Shown: piece after piece, positions 26,630 to 36,570 of the stretch
Position numbering within the stretch: the first letter of the stretch is position 1
Layout of the letters: every line of letters begins with the position of its first letter
Assembly (NCBI GenBank): GCA_038231155.1
Contig: JBBRLY010000013.1
Coordinates: forward strand, 132,305-196,304
DNA: 64,000 bases
Origin: Candidatus Saccharimonadales bacterium
Lineage (GTDB): Bacteria; Patescibacteriota; Saccharimonadia; Saccharimonadales; JANWIN01
Reading direction: 5' to 3'
Program-made: the position numbers and the translations under genes
Notes under the pieces: generated by a model
The model's input: the letters and a program-made list of their open reading frames with translations, nothing else
Database searches by the model: none
Told to the model about the DNA's origin: nothing

Positions 26630-27523
26630 TTAGTTATTTTTAGCCAGCAAGCGTTTTAAACTAGCTGGTATTTCCATAGTCGAATGTGCTCCAGAGACTT
26701 TTGAGTGATTATTTTTATTTGTCATCGGGTTAAATACTCTAACTTTTTGATATACCACATTTAAATGTTGTTCAACCAGTTGTTCATCTAACCAATCTTG
26801 TTTAATTGGAATATTGTAAACCGTTAAGTTTATCTGATGGTCACTTAAATCGAGTTTAAGCATAATGCTAGTTGCTTTCAAAAAAGTCCTCAGATCGCTT
26901 TGGTTTATCTCTTCTAAGTTATATGATGAGTTATTTGATGATCGGGAATAAATCCAACTCATTAAATACGGTTTCAAGAAAAAGTATTTTAAACTCCAAG
27001 CCGGAAGACGCCAAGATAATATATCTGCAGAGTAGTGCATTAATACATAAGTACCTCGGTCTAAGATAATTGCATCTTTATGGATAAACCCGCCATAGTT
27101 AATTAAAATATTGATTTTTTTCATTAAGTTTGGATATTTCTGCAACATCCGTGTCACCACAATAAAGCCAAAACCCAGACCAAAAATAGTTACTTTGCGG
27201 CGACTATAACGAAGTTTTATAAAAGCCGCTAGATAATCCGCTAAATTATCTAGTATTGGTTTTTCTCCAATTTTATAAAAACTTTGCATACCACCAAAGC
27301 CCGGTATGTCTGGAATTGTTACGTTGCCGTATTTATTTAATTCTTTGGCAAGATAAAACAGTTGTTCTAGATTTTGGTTGCGTCCATAGACAATCAATAT
27401 TTCTTTATTTTTAACGGTCGAGGGCAAACGTAACATGCGGCCATGCATACCATTTATATATATGGTTGCAATGTAGTCATTTGGGTTTTCCTCAACATTT
27501 TTATTCATAATACGCATGCTCAA
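26630..27523 (-). CDS. Hypothetical protein, alpha/beta-hydrolase-fold-like without an obvious nucleophile
   Basis: The beta-strand/turn pattern ILIVYGRNQN...IPDIPGFGGM...VTIFGLGFGFIV resembles the fold. The nucleophile elbow reads G-L-G-F-G, with Gly where Ser is expected. Confidence 0.35.
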   Translation of the reverse strand: MSMRIMNKNVEENPNDYIATIYINGMHGRMLRLPSTVKNKEILIVYGRNQNLEQLFYLAKELNKYGNVTIPDIPGFGGMQSFYKIGEKPILDNLADYLAAFIKLRYSRRKVTIFGLGFGFIVVTRMLQKYPNLMKKINILINYGGFIHKDAIILDRGTYVLMHYSADILSWRLPAWSLKYFFLKPYLMSWIYSRSSNNSSYNLEEINQSDLRTFLKATSIMLKLDLSDHQINLTVYNIPIKQDWLDEQLVEQHLNVVYQKVRVFNPMTNKNNHSKVSGAHSTMEIPASLKRLLAKNN

Positions 27524-27592
27524 AGTACGCTAATTACAGGGAGAGCGCAAGTATAAGCAACTTCCGGACGTTAATAAGATATAATTTAGCAA

Positions 27593-28354
27593 ATGAAGCG
27601 AACAACTTTAATTTTAATAGTACCGGTTGCAATAGTTGGAGTTATCAGTTGGCGGGTTTTTGAAAACAAAAAAACTATCAATCCAAGCACCTTAACTTCA
27701 TCTCAGCAATCTAAAAATCAAGCTTCGTCTTCACATAGCTTTAACAAAATGCAGTATTCTACAAGTGATCCGAACAGTATTTGGGTAATCGTAAACAAAC
27801 AACACCCACTCAACCCAATTAATTACATTCCGAGCGATCTTGTAGTTCCGACTATTCCACTTAGAGCTCCAGGAAATGAAAGTATGAAACTGCGGCAGGC
27901 TACAGCAATAGTGCTAGAGCAAATGTTTGCAGCCGCTAAGCAACAAGGCATAAATTTAATGCTAGCTAGTGGATATCGTTCATATTCGTACCAGACAAGT
28001 TTATATGGAGGCTATGTTAAAAACTTAGGAAGAGCCGGGGCAGATATGCAAAGTGCTCGACCTGGTTATAGTGAACATCAATCTGGTTTTGCCGCTGATT
28101 TAGAGCCACTAAGCCGAAAATGCGAGCTTCAGCAGTGTTTTGAAACTACTCCTGAAGGCCAGTGGTTGGTTGCCAACTCCTATAAGTACGGCTTTATTAT
28201 TCGCTATACCAAAGATAAAGTAAGTTTTACAGGTTACGAGTACGAACCATGGCATGTGCGCTATATTGGCGAATCTCTAGCGATGCAAATGCATAACGAA
28301 GGCGTCTCAACCTTAGAAGAATTCTTTAACGTTACTGGTGGTAGTAGTTATTAG
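27593..28354 (+). CDS. D-alanyl-D-alanine carboxypeptidase, VanY/M15B family, N-terminal membrane anchor
   Basis: SGYRSYSYQ, SEHQSGFAADL and EPWHVRY motifs. Confidence 0.8.
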   Translation: MKRTTLILIVPVAIVGVISWRVFENKKTINPSTLTSSQQSKNQASSSHSFNKMQYSTSDPNSIWVIVNKQHPLNPINYIPSDLVVPTIPLRAPGNESMKLRQATAIVLEQMFAAAKQQGINLMLASGYRSYSYQTSLYGGYVKNLGRAGADMQSARPGYSEHQSGFAADLEPLSRKCELQQCFETTPEGQWLVANSYKYGFIIRYTKDKVSFTGYEYEPWHVRYIGESLAMQMHNEGVSTLEEFFNVTGGSSY

Positions 28355-29649
28355 TTATAGTACTGCTGCGTTGTTACTAATGGAATATTTAGCAAAGTAT
28401 TCAGTGTAGTACTAAGTCGAGATTTCTGTTCAGCCACTGTTGTATGTAGCTGTTGTGAGTCAATCATTGCTTGAGTTGTGTTCTCCAAACTATAAATATG
28501 CAGATTGTGTCTTGTCGATATGGCATCGGCTTTTGCTTGACTAGCTGTCCACTCATAGTGCACGTAGATTGGTAAAAATGACATGCTCGAAATTTGATGA
28601 GTAGTAGTATCAAAGTCTATGACAGCCAGCCCGTTAAATAGTGTTTCTGTAGGTTCCTGGGTATTTATAAAATTACCAAGTGAATACCATACAGTTGTAG
28701 TTTTGCCACCGGATCCTTTGAGTTTTTGGACCGGTTCTAGCTCATGTGAGCCGTGACCAAGTATTAAAGTTACACCTTCATCTGCTAAATATTGAGCTTC
28801 AGACTTTTGGTGGTCATTTACAAGAGTAGTATACTCAGTTCCCCAACGCATACTAACTATTATTATTTGGGCTCCAGCCTGTTTAGCTGCTTGGATTTGT
28901 TGGTGAGCAAAGGCACGGCTATAACTATTAACACCGTAACTGTTAAGGGGACCGGCGTCATTATTGCTGTAAGTTGTATAGGCCAAAAAGGCAAATTTAA
29001 GTCCGTGCTGAGTGAAGTAGCTAACCTTTTGTTGTTCGGCTGCTGAGCGGTTTTCTCCCGCTACGGCTAATACTCCGGATTGTTTGTCCCAAACGTTAAC
29101 CGATGCATTGATTGCATCTTGTGTTCGATCAAAGCTATGGTTTGAGGCGGTGTTCACTAAATTACAACCAAGTTGTGCCATTCCATCCACAAATTCTGTA
29201 GGCGAATTGAACTTAGGATAACCGCTAATTCCAAACTGGCTACCACCGTTTAAAATTGCATCATTACAAAAACGAATATCTGCTGCTTTAAAAATAGTTT
29301 TAAAATCGCTCATAATAGGCATGTAGTTATAGCTACCATCGGCTTGTTTAGCATTTGAATTGACAGAGTCATGGGCAATAAAATCACCAGCTGCTAAAAG
29401 CCGGATACGATTTGGGTTACTAATTGTTTTTATTAAGCTAGAAGAAGAAGTTTTGCTTTGTTTATTTGCTAAAGTTGGTTTATTGCCGTGTTTTATAAAT
29501 GCATAAATACCAGCTATTAGACTTATTAATACTAGTGTGGTGATAATCAAAATTAAAGGCTTATGCGATTTTTTTGTAGGGATTAATGGCTGAACAGAAT
29601 TTGGTATTGGTACTGGAGTTATAGAATTATTTGATGGATTCATATTCAA
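28351..29649 (-). CDS. CapA-family metallophosphatase-like protein, membrane anchored
   Basis: N-terminal TM helix, then LLAAGDFIAHD, NTASNHSFD and ILGHGSHE, typical of the CapA/PGA_cap family. Confidence 0.7.
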   Translation of the reverse strand: MNMNPSNNSITPVPIPNSVQPLIPTKKSHKPLILIITTLVLISLIAGIYAFIKHGNKPTLANKQSKTSSSSLIKTISNPNRIRLLAAGDFIAHDSVNSNAKQADGSYNYMPIMSDFKTIFKAADIRFCNDAILNGGSQFGISGYPKFNSPTEFVDGMAQLGCNLVNTASNHSFDRTQDAINASVNVWDKQSGVLAVAGENRSAAEQQKVSYFTQHGLKFAFLAYTTYSNNDAGPLNSYGVNSYSRAFAHQQIQAAKQAGAQIIIVSMRWGTEYTTLVNDHQKSEAQYLADEGVTLILGHGSHELEPVQKLKGSGGKTTTVWYSLGNFINTQEPTETLFNGLAVIDFDTTTHQISSMSFLPIYVHYEWTASQAKADAISTRHNLHIYSLENTTQAMIDSQQLHTTVAEQKSRLSTTLNTLLNIPLVTTQQYYN

Positions 29650-29676
29650 CAGCTTATATTAGGAAGTTATCTGGCG

Positions 29677-30906
29677 TCAAAGCCAGCGTAATGCTCGCCA
29701 GCGCCAGCCAGCTGGTTTCACGTCTGAACTGATTTGCACATCACTAACCAAGTTTCCAACGTGCAGCTGCCCACTATTGCTACGGGCTAGAGCAGTTGAA
29801 GATAAATCTTTAAGATCGCTGCTGGCAGCCACTGGCGAGCCTATCCAGCCGAAACTTTTGACTGAGATTTTGGAAATTGCTTGGACTTTACCTCCCCAAG
29901 GTAAATCATAGTAACCGACATTTTGGCCAGCTGATACTACTTTACGCATGCCAAAACCATTCCATGCAGCGTTTATGATCGGAATACTATCGGTCATAGC
30001 CCGTCCTACTGTTGGAGCACTCATAATGGCGCCAATTAAGGTAACTTTATTACTATTAATAGTTTTAGTTGATGCAAATAAATAACAACCACCTGCTTCC
30101 GGGGTATTACCAGTTTTAATTCCAATAATACCGTTTTGGCCAAGCAAGTAATTAGTATTTTTGATTTGGCCTATGATTGATATATTTGCTGAAGCTTGAC
30201 TTACAATTTGGGCTATCAGCGGATTAGCTAAGGCCTTCTGACCCATTAAAACCATGTCTCTAGCCGTACTAAGCGTTTGCGGCTTAAAGCCGCTAGCATC
30301 GCTTAAGTGGGTGCCTACTAGGTTCATATTTAAGGCTAGGGAATTAGCGTAATCTAAGTAACTGTTTAAAGAACTAAACGACCAAGTTGCTAGAGTATCG
30401 GCAATATTATTTGCCGAAGGTAGTAGCATAGCTTGTAAGGCATCATATTCAGTGATTGATTCGCCTGCAGATACCTCTACAACTGATCCACCTTGAGATA
30501 AATAGTTTGCGTAGATTTGTTCATCAGCTTGAGTTATTGGAATCGTTGGGCCAGTCTCGCCAAGCTTAAGCGGGTATTTCTTAAGTACAGCTAGCGCTGT
30601 CATAATTTTAGCCACACTAGCCATTGGCACAGGTTTAGTCGAACCGGCCTGTGTTAACAGACCATATCCATCAGCACCTATAGCTGCTTGACCATATTGT
30701 GGCCAGGGTAAGCTAACATTAACCGGTTTATAATTCACATTCAAAGTTTGACCGTGTATAACCGGTAGAGGTAAAGTATAGACCCAAGCACTTAATACAA
30801 CCGGTGCCAGCAAAATTAAAAGGCTTAAAAGCAGAAATAGCTTCTTATAAGAGTGTGACTTTTTAGCTTTAGCTTTATAGAGCTGCGTTGGCTCCAAAAT
30901 CCGCAT
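29677..30906 (-). CDS. Serine-type D-Ala-D-Ala carboxypeptidase (PBP5/S11 family)
   Basis: SVAK (SxxK), SAN (SxN) and KTG motifs in the canonical order. N-terminal TM helix. Confidence 0.8.
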   Translation of the reverse strand: MRILEPTQLYKAKAKKSHSYKKLFLLLSLLILLAPVVLSAWVYTLPLPVIHGQTLNVNYKPVNVSLPWPQYGQAAIGADGYGLLTQAGSTKPVPMASVAKIMTALAVLKKYPLKLGETGPTIPITQADEQIYANYLSQGGSVVEVSAGESITEYDALQAMLLPSANNIADTLATWSFSSLNSYLDYANSLALNMNLVGTHLSDASGFKPQTLSTARDMVLMGQKALANPLIAQIVSQASANISIIGQIKNTNYLLGQNGIIGIKTGNTPEAGGCYLFASTKTINSNKVTLIGAIMSAPTVGRAMTDSIPIINAAWNGFGMRKVVSAGQNVGYYDLPWGGKVQAISKISVKSFGWIGSPVAASSDLKDLSSTALARSNSGQLHVGNLVSDVQISSDVKPAGWRWRALRWL

Positions 30907-31027
30907 AATATACCAAGTATAGCGTGAGCGGCTTCAATCGGATAAATTTGCTAGGTAAAAAACCTCTTGACAAAATTACAACATAAGAGCAAACTTTAAT
31001 TATAATTTAGACAAAAAGAAGATCTAG

Positions 31028-31480
31028 ATGACAGCAATAGAAGCCCTCCACGAAGAGGTTTCTCCAACAATAGATGAGAGTAAGCTTTTCCTACAAATAG
31101 TTGACGGTAGTCCATTCTCGGAATACTTGGAAGACCCTAAAGATCGTTTAGCGTTCGTTGCCGGAATTAACCAATTTGATCAGATAATTTTCGATGAGCG
31201 TAATCATAATCCAAACATATGGTTCAGTCGTGTAAATGGACTACATAACAGGGGTACAATTTCAGGAGGATACGGTCTTTTAAGATCCTCAGTTGTTACT
31301 GAGGTTTTACCCGAACACCCACAATTTGATCAAAGTGCAATAAAATATTATGTGGGTAAGTTTATTATCGGTCATGCTGGAGTTGGAGAAATTGATACTG
31401 AAAGATATAGTGCTCGAGAGACCAGAGTTGTTGAACTTATCTTGCATCTAGGTAAGTTTGTCGGATCTTCAGTTTCATAA
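31028..31480 (+). CDS. Hypothetical protein (150 aa)
   Basis: Intact ORF with no recognisable motif. Confidence 0.45.
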   Translation: MTAIEALHEEVSPTIDESKLFLQIVDGSPFSEYLEDPKDRLAFVAGINQFDQIIFDERNHNPNIWFSRVNGLHNRGTISGGYGLLRSSVVTEVLPEHPQFDQSAIKYYVGKFIIGHAGVGEIDTERYSARETRVVELILHLGKFVGSSVS

Positions 31481-31512
31481 ACCAATAAATTGAGTTAAAA
31501 TCTAATCTGTTA

Positions 31513-31586
31513 TTCGGGATCGTCTAATGGTAGGACACTGGGTTTTGGTCCCAGCAATCTAGGTTCGAGCCCTAGTCCCGAAGCCA
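31513..31586 (+). tRNA. tRNA-Gln (anticodon UUG), CCA encoded
   Basis: Hand-folded 74-nt cloverleaf. Acceptor TTCGGGA/TCCCGAA (U1:A72), anticodon stem CTGGG/CCCAG with loop TTTTGGT, T arm CTAGG-TTCGAGC-CCTAG. Confidence 0.9.
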
Positions 31587-31691
31587 TATTTACAACGCTT
31601 ACTGCTTAACCTTGCTACAAAATCAATAATAGGTTGTAAATATATACTGCTTTTGGTATACTTTGCTTATAAGTCAAGAAGGTGCTGTGTT

Positions 31692-32789
31692 ATGTTTGAG
31701 AGCGATATAACTGATCCTGGCATAGAGCTATGTGATGAAGTACGGGTCAGACAAATTGATCCGCTTCAGACTGATTCTTTCATGTTTGAATTAGCAGATG
31801 TAATTAAGGCTGGGGACGTAAAAAAAGTTGAGAATAAAGTAATCGAAACCGCCGTATATGCTAATGAAACAGGAGTTTTAGAACAAGGTCCAACTGAAGC
31901 AACCGCAAGTTTATTTAATCTTGATGTGCTGGCAAGTGCGGGCTACTACCTTGGACTTTATCGTGACGGTGTACCCCAAGAACTTGCTCGGGCCCTGGAA
32001 ACAGCTGGAGCTGTTGGTGCAAACGCTGCTAGAGCTACCTGTTCAGTGCTTTGTATCGCCAATCCGCTTGGCGACAGACAGAGAACATTTACGCTTTTAC
32101 CAGAGGAAAAAACTTTTTATGAAGTATTGAGAGAAAGCCACGCTCCTTTAGATTACTCTCTGCAGCAATGGTCAAATGTAACTCTAGAATCTAGCAATCA
32201 AACTATTGGTGATAGTTTAGAACTCACAAGAGAAGCGATTGATACCATGAATGAAGGAGTGGCCAGGGTTCATACAGAAATTCCCGCCGATGTATTCACA
32301 TACCAGATCAAACCTTTCTTTGAGCATTTAAAAATTAATGGTAAAACTTTAGTTGCATCCAATGCCAGTCAACTGCCATTTTTGGCACTTGAATATATAC
32401 TTTTTGAATGTGATCATGAACAACTTGAAGGTGTAGATAATCTGCCTCCTATTGCACCTTACTTTGAGTCCTCGTTGCCATATTTATCAGCTAAGCAACT
32501 GAGGTACATGACACGATTTCTTAATTCAAGTGGGGGTCAAAGTGTGAATACTATAATCGATGAACGCGGTGGTGATGATTTCACCGAATTACACGAAAGC
32601 CTCATGAAGCTTATGCAATCCATACGAGTTTTTAGGTCAAATCATTATGGTAAATTAGTTGAACCGAACTTTAGATTGCGCAGTGACGAAGCAGTGGGGA
32701 GTGGTGGGCATAATAAACCAATGCTAAGAGCGCTAAGTGCCGAGGCCAATAGCAGATTTATAAAATTGAGGATGCGAAAAGCAGCTTAG
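31692..32789 (+). CDS. Hypothetical protein (365 aa) with a weak TDO/PrnB-like C-terminal signature
   Basis: ATG 31692 follows GAAGGTG. Near the C-terminus, VFRSNHYGKLVEPNFRLRSDEAVGSGGH resembles the FRxxHxxxV...G(T/S)GG proximal-His segment of tryptophan 2,3-dioxygenase-superfamily haem enzymes. This is recalled from memory and is weak. Confidence 0.5.
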   Translation: MFESDITDPGIELCDEVRVRQIDPLQTDSFMFELADVIKAGDVKKVENKVIETAVYANETGVLEQGPTEATASLFNLDVLASAGYYLGLYRDGVPQELARALETAGAVGANAARATCSVLCIANPLGDRQRTFTLLPEEKTFYEVLRESHAPLDYSLQQWSNVTLESSNQTIGDSLELTREAIDTMNEGVARVHTEIPADVFTYQIKPFFEHLKINGKTLVASNASQLPFLALEYILFECDHEQLEGVDNLPPIAPYFESSLPYLSAKQLRYMTRFLNSSGGQSVNTIIDERGGDDFTELHESLMKLMQSIRVFRSNHYGKLVEPNFRLRSDEAVGSGGHNKPMLRALSAEANSRFIKLRMRKAA

Positions 32790-32806
32790 TTTTTACGGGC
32801 AACTAT

Positions 32807-34096
32807 ATGAATATATTAATTTCGCACGTCTACTCTGCGCAAAACAGAGGAGATGCGGCAATATTATCTGCCCAAATTAGCCAACTGAAGCAAAATTTTA
32901 AAAATGCTAATCTTAATATACTTACAGTTGATACAGTTCCGAAAGGCTACACATTCGACGATGTCCCAGTCAGCCGAGCTTTAATGTATGATGCCGTAGC
33001 ACCACATGGAAATCGTTTAGAAAAACTAATCATCGCCGCAGTTATGTTGATATATACATCGCTATGGAGTGTTATTTATAGGTTTTTCAGATTATCCCTA
33101 CCATTACCGGTACGCTGGCGTTACCCTATGAATTTATTAATAAAATCAGACATGGCTGTTGGGGTTGGTGGTGGATATTTAAGAGCAAAAGACGATTTTA
33201 GTAGTACATTTATTTTAGTTTTACTTTTTCATCAATTTTGGGTCGCTAAACTTCTTAAAAAACCAATATATTTATACGCACAATCTTTCGGACCTTACCC
33301 AACCTGGATTCAACGAAAGATTGCGTCGTTTAGTTTAAAAAAAGTTGATTTAATTTTAGTCAGAGAAGACCAATCAAAGAAGTTGTTAGAGGAGCTCGGA
33401 ATTGTTAAGAACGTTAAATATGTACCGGATAGCGCTTTTTTGTTTGAACCACGCATTGATCTTTCAGCAGTAGATAAAGTCTTCAGCACTTCAACAAATA
33501 AACAAACTATCGGTATAACTGTTCGTGATTGGCTAGGGGGCAAAGGGCGGGAACAATACGAAAGGGCGATGTCTGGCTTTATAGATTATCTTAGCCAAAA
33601 CCGTCAGTTTAGCGTTATTGTTATTCCCCAAGTAACTTCAACTTTACAAAATGATGATGATCGCTTAATCGGCGATCGAATTAAACAATTGTTAAATCAT
33701 TCGGAAAAAGTAATATTTTTAGACAATCAGCTCAGCCATTATGAGGTACGGGCAATCATTGGAAAGTTAAATTATCTGATTGGCACTCGTTTTCACTCAG
33801 TAATTTTTGCACTTAGCGCAGGTGTACCGGCTATTGGTATTGAGTATGAACATAAAACTTCTGGCATAATGGGCGACCTTGGGCTCGAAGACTGGGTAAT
33901 TGATATTGAAGATGTAACCACCCAAAAATTAATAACGCTATTTAAACAGTTACAGAAACAACGTAGTAGTTATGTGAAACAGTTACAAGATATATTACCA
34001 AATTATAAGCGAACCGCTGAACAGGGAGTTAAACTTATTAAACAGGCTTATGAACGCCGCCTTGAACTTCAAAATGATAGTGAAGAGCTAGGCTAA
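32807..34096 (+). CDS. Polysaccharide pyruvyl transferase family protein (WcaK/CsaB-like)
   Basis: N-terminal NRGDAAI motif, the GGGYL segment and the C-terminal GTRFHSVIFALSAGVPAIGIEYEHK block typical of the family. Confidence 0.75.
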   Translation: MNILISHVYSAQNRGDAAILSAQISQLKQNFKNANLNILTVDTVPKGYTFDDVPVSRALMYDAVAPHGNRLEKLIIAAVMLIYTSLWSVIYRFFRLSLPLPVRWRYPMNLLIKSDMAVGVGGGYLRAKDDFSSTFILVLLFHQFWVAKLLKKPIYLYAQSFGPYPTWIQRKIASFSLKKVDLILVREDQSKKLLEELGIVKNVKYVPDSAFLFEPRIDLSAVDKVFSTSTNKQTIGITVRDWLGGKGREQYERAMSGFIDYLSQNRQFSVIVIPQVTSTLQNDDDRLIGDRIKQLLNHSEKVIFLDNQLSHYEVRAIIGKLNYLIGTRFHSVIFALSAGVPAIGIEYEHKTSGIMGDLGLEDWVIDIEDVTTQKLITLFKQLQKQRSSYVKQLQDILPNYKRTAEQGVKLIKQAYERRLELQNDSEELG

Positions 34097-35312
34097 CATA
34101 GGTGGTCACTAGAGTAAGTGCCTGACCAATTAACCAGGCTAGTCCAATCCAAACCAGTCCACGTTTTCCCCAAAGTAGTGCAAGTGTACAAATAGATAAA
34201 GCATATCCGAGGTTAATAAATACTAGTGTTTTAGTTCGCTTTTTGATACGCATAATAACACTGCCTATGGCTTCAGCTGCTAGCAATGGGGAAGTTAGGG
34301 CTAATAATATAATTAATTGACTGGCATTATGGGCATAACCATCACCAAAAATACGCAGCAATATTGGACCGATAACTGTTAAAAGTGCAGTGGCAGGAAT
34401 AATAATTACAGCTTGAATGCTAGCTGCTCGTTTGGCTAACATTACAAGGTTTTGCTCATTGTATGATCCTTCGGCTAACATTGACTGAGCAACGGCATAG
34501 GTAACGTTATATAAAACATTACAAATCATAAAAGCTAAGTAAAAGTAACCAGCCTGAGCAGCACCTAAAGTATTTAAAATGATTAGCGGTAAAATAACGC
34601 TAGGTAAGAAATTAAATAAATTAGCTATATAGTTACCAAATGAGTATCGTATATCATCACGAACATTAAATTTATTTAGTTTAATAGCTGGTAAATAATT
34701 AAACTTTTTTATTAGCATGTAGATACTCAAACTCATTGCTACAAGTGCCGCTAAACCTTGTGCCGCATAAATACCATAGGCTCCTAAACTTAATAAGATT
34801 ACAGGCAATAAAAGCTGAGTACTGCTGGCAACTAAACCATCAATTGCAAAATTATAAATTGCAGAACGGTAAGCTATAAAAATACTGTCGGTTGCTAGGT
34901 TAATAGCTGCACTAATACCCAAAATTATAAATCCAATTCCATAAAATAAGTTTTGGTGTAGAACAGCTAGCTTAGGTGAAGCTGACGGAATAAAAGTTAC
35001 ATATATAAAACTTAGTAATAATGCCATAACGGTTACTACTAATAATCCGGTATTTATTGTTGTGTTACGATTTTTGGATTTTGGCAAAAATCTAATGAAA
35101 GTTGTATTAAAACCTAGCAAGCTTGCATAAGCAATAAAGTTCATTGACGAAATCAAGGTAGCGGCAATTCCGACCTGTTTGGTAGTATATAAATGAGCGA
35201 CAATTAACCAGAAAATAAAACCAAATAAAGCCATTGTCATGGTTGATATAGTTATAAAGAAGGAATTTCGTAGCAGAGGTTCGTTGTAGAGAGATTGCAG
35301 TTTGGATTTCAT
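34038..35312 (-). CDS. Oligosaccharide flippase (MOP/Wzx family)
   Basis: About 12-14 TM helices, Wzx-like size, glycan-cluster context. The 3' end overlaps the convergent pyruvyl transferase gene by 59 nt. Confidence 0.7.
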   Translation of the reverse strand: MKSKLQSLYNEPLLRNSFFITISTMTMALFGFIFWLIVAHLYTTKQVGIAATLISSMNFIAYASLLGFNTTFIRFLPKSKNRNTTINTGLLVVTVMALLLSFIYVTFIPSASPKLAVLHQNLFYGIGFIILGISAAINLATDSIFIAYRSAIYNFAIDGLVASSTQLLLPVILLSLGAYGIYAAQGLAALVAMSLSIYMLIKKFNYLPAIKLNKFNVRDDIRYSFGNYIANLFNFLPSVILPLIILNTLGAAQAGYFYLAFMICNVLYNVTYAVAQSMLAEGSYNEQNLVMLAKRAASIQAVIIIPATALLTVIGPILLRIFGDGYAHNASQLIILLALTSPLLAAEAIGSVIMRIKKRTKTLVFINLGYALSICTLALLWGKRGLVWIGLAWLIGQALTLVTTYVSLALHYHFEVQGGVHKPV

Positions 35313-35343
35313 AATTTAAAGTTAAACCAGTTTATCCAAGGCT

Positions 35344-36570
35344 TCAGTGTTTATTACTAACCAGGCCACCGTAGACACGGTATAAGCGGCCTTTAGCATA
35401 GACATGGTCAATATAGACAGCTGTTCGGCTTAGCTTGACTATACGTGGTTTAAACTTCCCAACCAACTGTCTCTTAGTTTGATTGATATTTTCCTCAATC
35501 GCCACTTGCAATTTCGGATTTAAATGGCGAGCTTTAAGCGCTGCAAGATTTTCTAGTTCGCCAGTAAATATATGTTGGCCTTGGTTACTAGCTGCTGGGA
35601 GGTTAGCCACTAAGTTAATATCAATATGCTTTGGAAAGGTAGCTGATCGATTTAATACTCCAGCTGCATACAAGCTGATCATTGTGCGTAGACATTTAGC
35701 GCATGACCCACAGTTATAGGCACCTTGTTTATTGATATAACAAACCCGCAAGTGCTTTAAAGCTACTGGCGATTTAGATACTTGCCATAAAATTTTATTA
35801 ATTCTTGTGGCTTCGGCTCCGTCATGTACGAATTTAATTTTTTCAGTGCTCCAATACTTATCTGTTACTAGATTGGATCCCCAAGGAATTTGGTCTTCAG
35901 TCGAAAAAGTGGACGGTATATATATTTTGCTGAAGGCACTACGCAAAAATAAACCGATGGCCGCTAGACAACCGCCATGTGTGTAATCCCAGGCTAAAAT
36001 CGGTTCGAGTAATTCTTGTATGTTGGTTTCAACAACGACTAGTTCGACACTTTGATCCTTAGCTACTGCTTTAATATTGTTAAATGTACTGCTCCAAAGC
36101 CAGTGATCACTTAATTTAATATCAAAACCTTTTACTAATATAAAACTATCAATTCGATCTGATTGGCTGCGATCCTTTTTATGTTTTAGGTAAGTATAGA
36201 AAGAATCTACGCCGCCAGAAAAAAAACTAGCTGTTTTTGTCGGATTATTAGTGTCTTTTAATAATTTATCGGCTTTGATCGATATTGGTTTTAAGCCGGC
36301 ATCCCATTTAGATACTTCAGCCATAATATCTTGCATTCCTTTATAAAACTGATCAGATATACTGCCTTTAATAATTAAATCCTCGGCTTGTTTCATGGCT
36401 GGTAACAATAACATAGCTGCAAACGGACTGGCATCGTTATAAATATAGTTTTGATGAACTGAATCTATCCTAATATAAACTGTATCCCAGCCAATTTTAC
36501 GTATCTTACAACGAGCAGTCAGGCTGGTGCTAGTTTTATGATGTTCTAGTTGTACATCTTTAATAATCAT
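35344..36570 (-). CDS. QueC-like PP-loop ATP pyrophosphatase with extra N- and C-terminal domains (paralog A)
   Basis: PP-loop FFSGGVDSFYTY at about aa 115. A Zn-ribbon-like VCYINKQGAYNCGSCAKCLRT follows about 165 aa later, the same order and spacing as in QueC. ATGA overlap with paralog B. Confidence 0.6.
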   Translation of the reverse strand: MIIKDVQLEHHKTSTSLTARCKIRKIGWDTVYIRIDSVHQNYIYNDASPFAAMLLLPAMKQAEDLIIKGSISDQFYKGMQDIMAEVSKWDAGLKPISIKADKLLKDTNNPTKTASFFSGGVDSFYTYLKHKKDRSQSDRIDSFILVKGFDIKLSDHWLWSSTFNNIKAVAKDQSVELVVVETNIQELLEPILAWDYTHGGCLAAIGLFLRSAFSKIYIPSTFSTEDQIPWGSNLVTDKYWSTEKIKFVHDGAEATRINKILWQVSKSPVALKHLRVCYINKQGAYNCGSCAKCLRTMISLYAAGVLNRSATFPKHIDINLVANLPAASNQGQHIFTGELENLAALKARHLNPKLQVAIEENINQTKRQLVGKFKPRIVKLSRTAVYIDHVYAKGRLYRVYGGLVSNKH

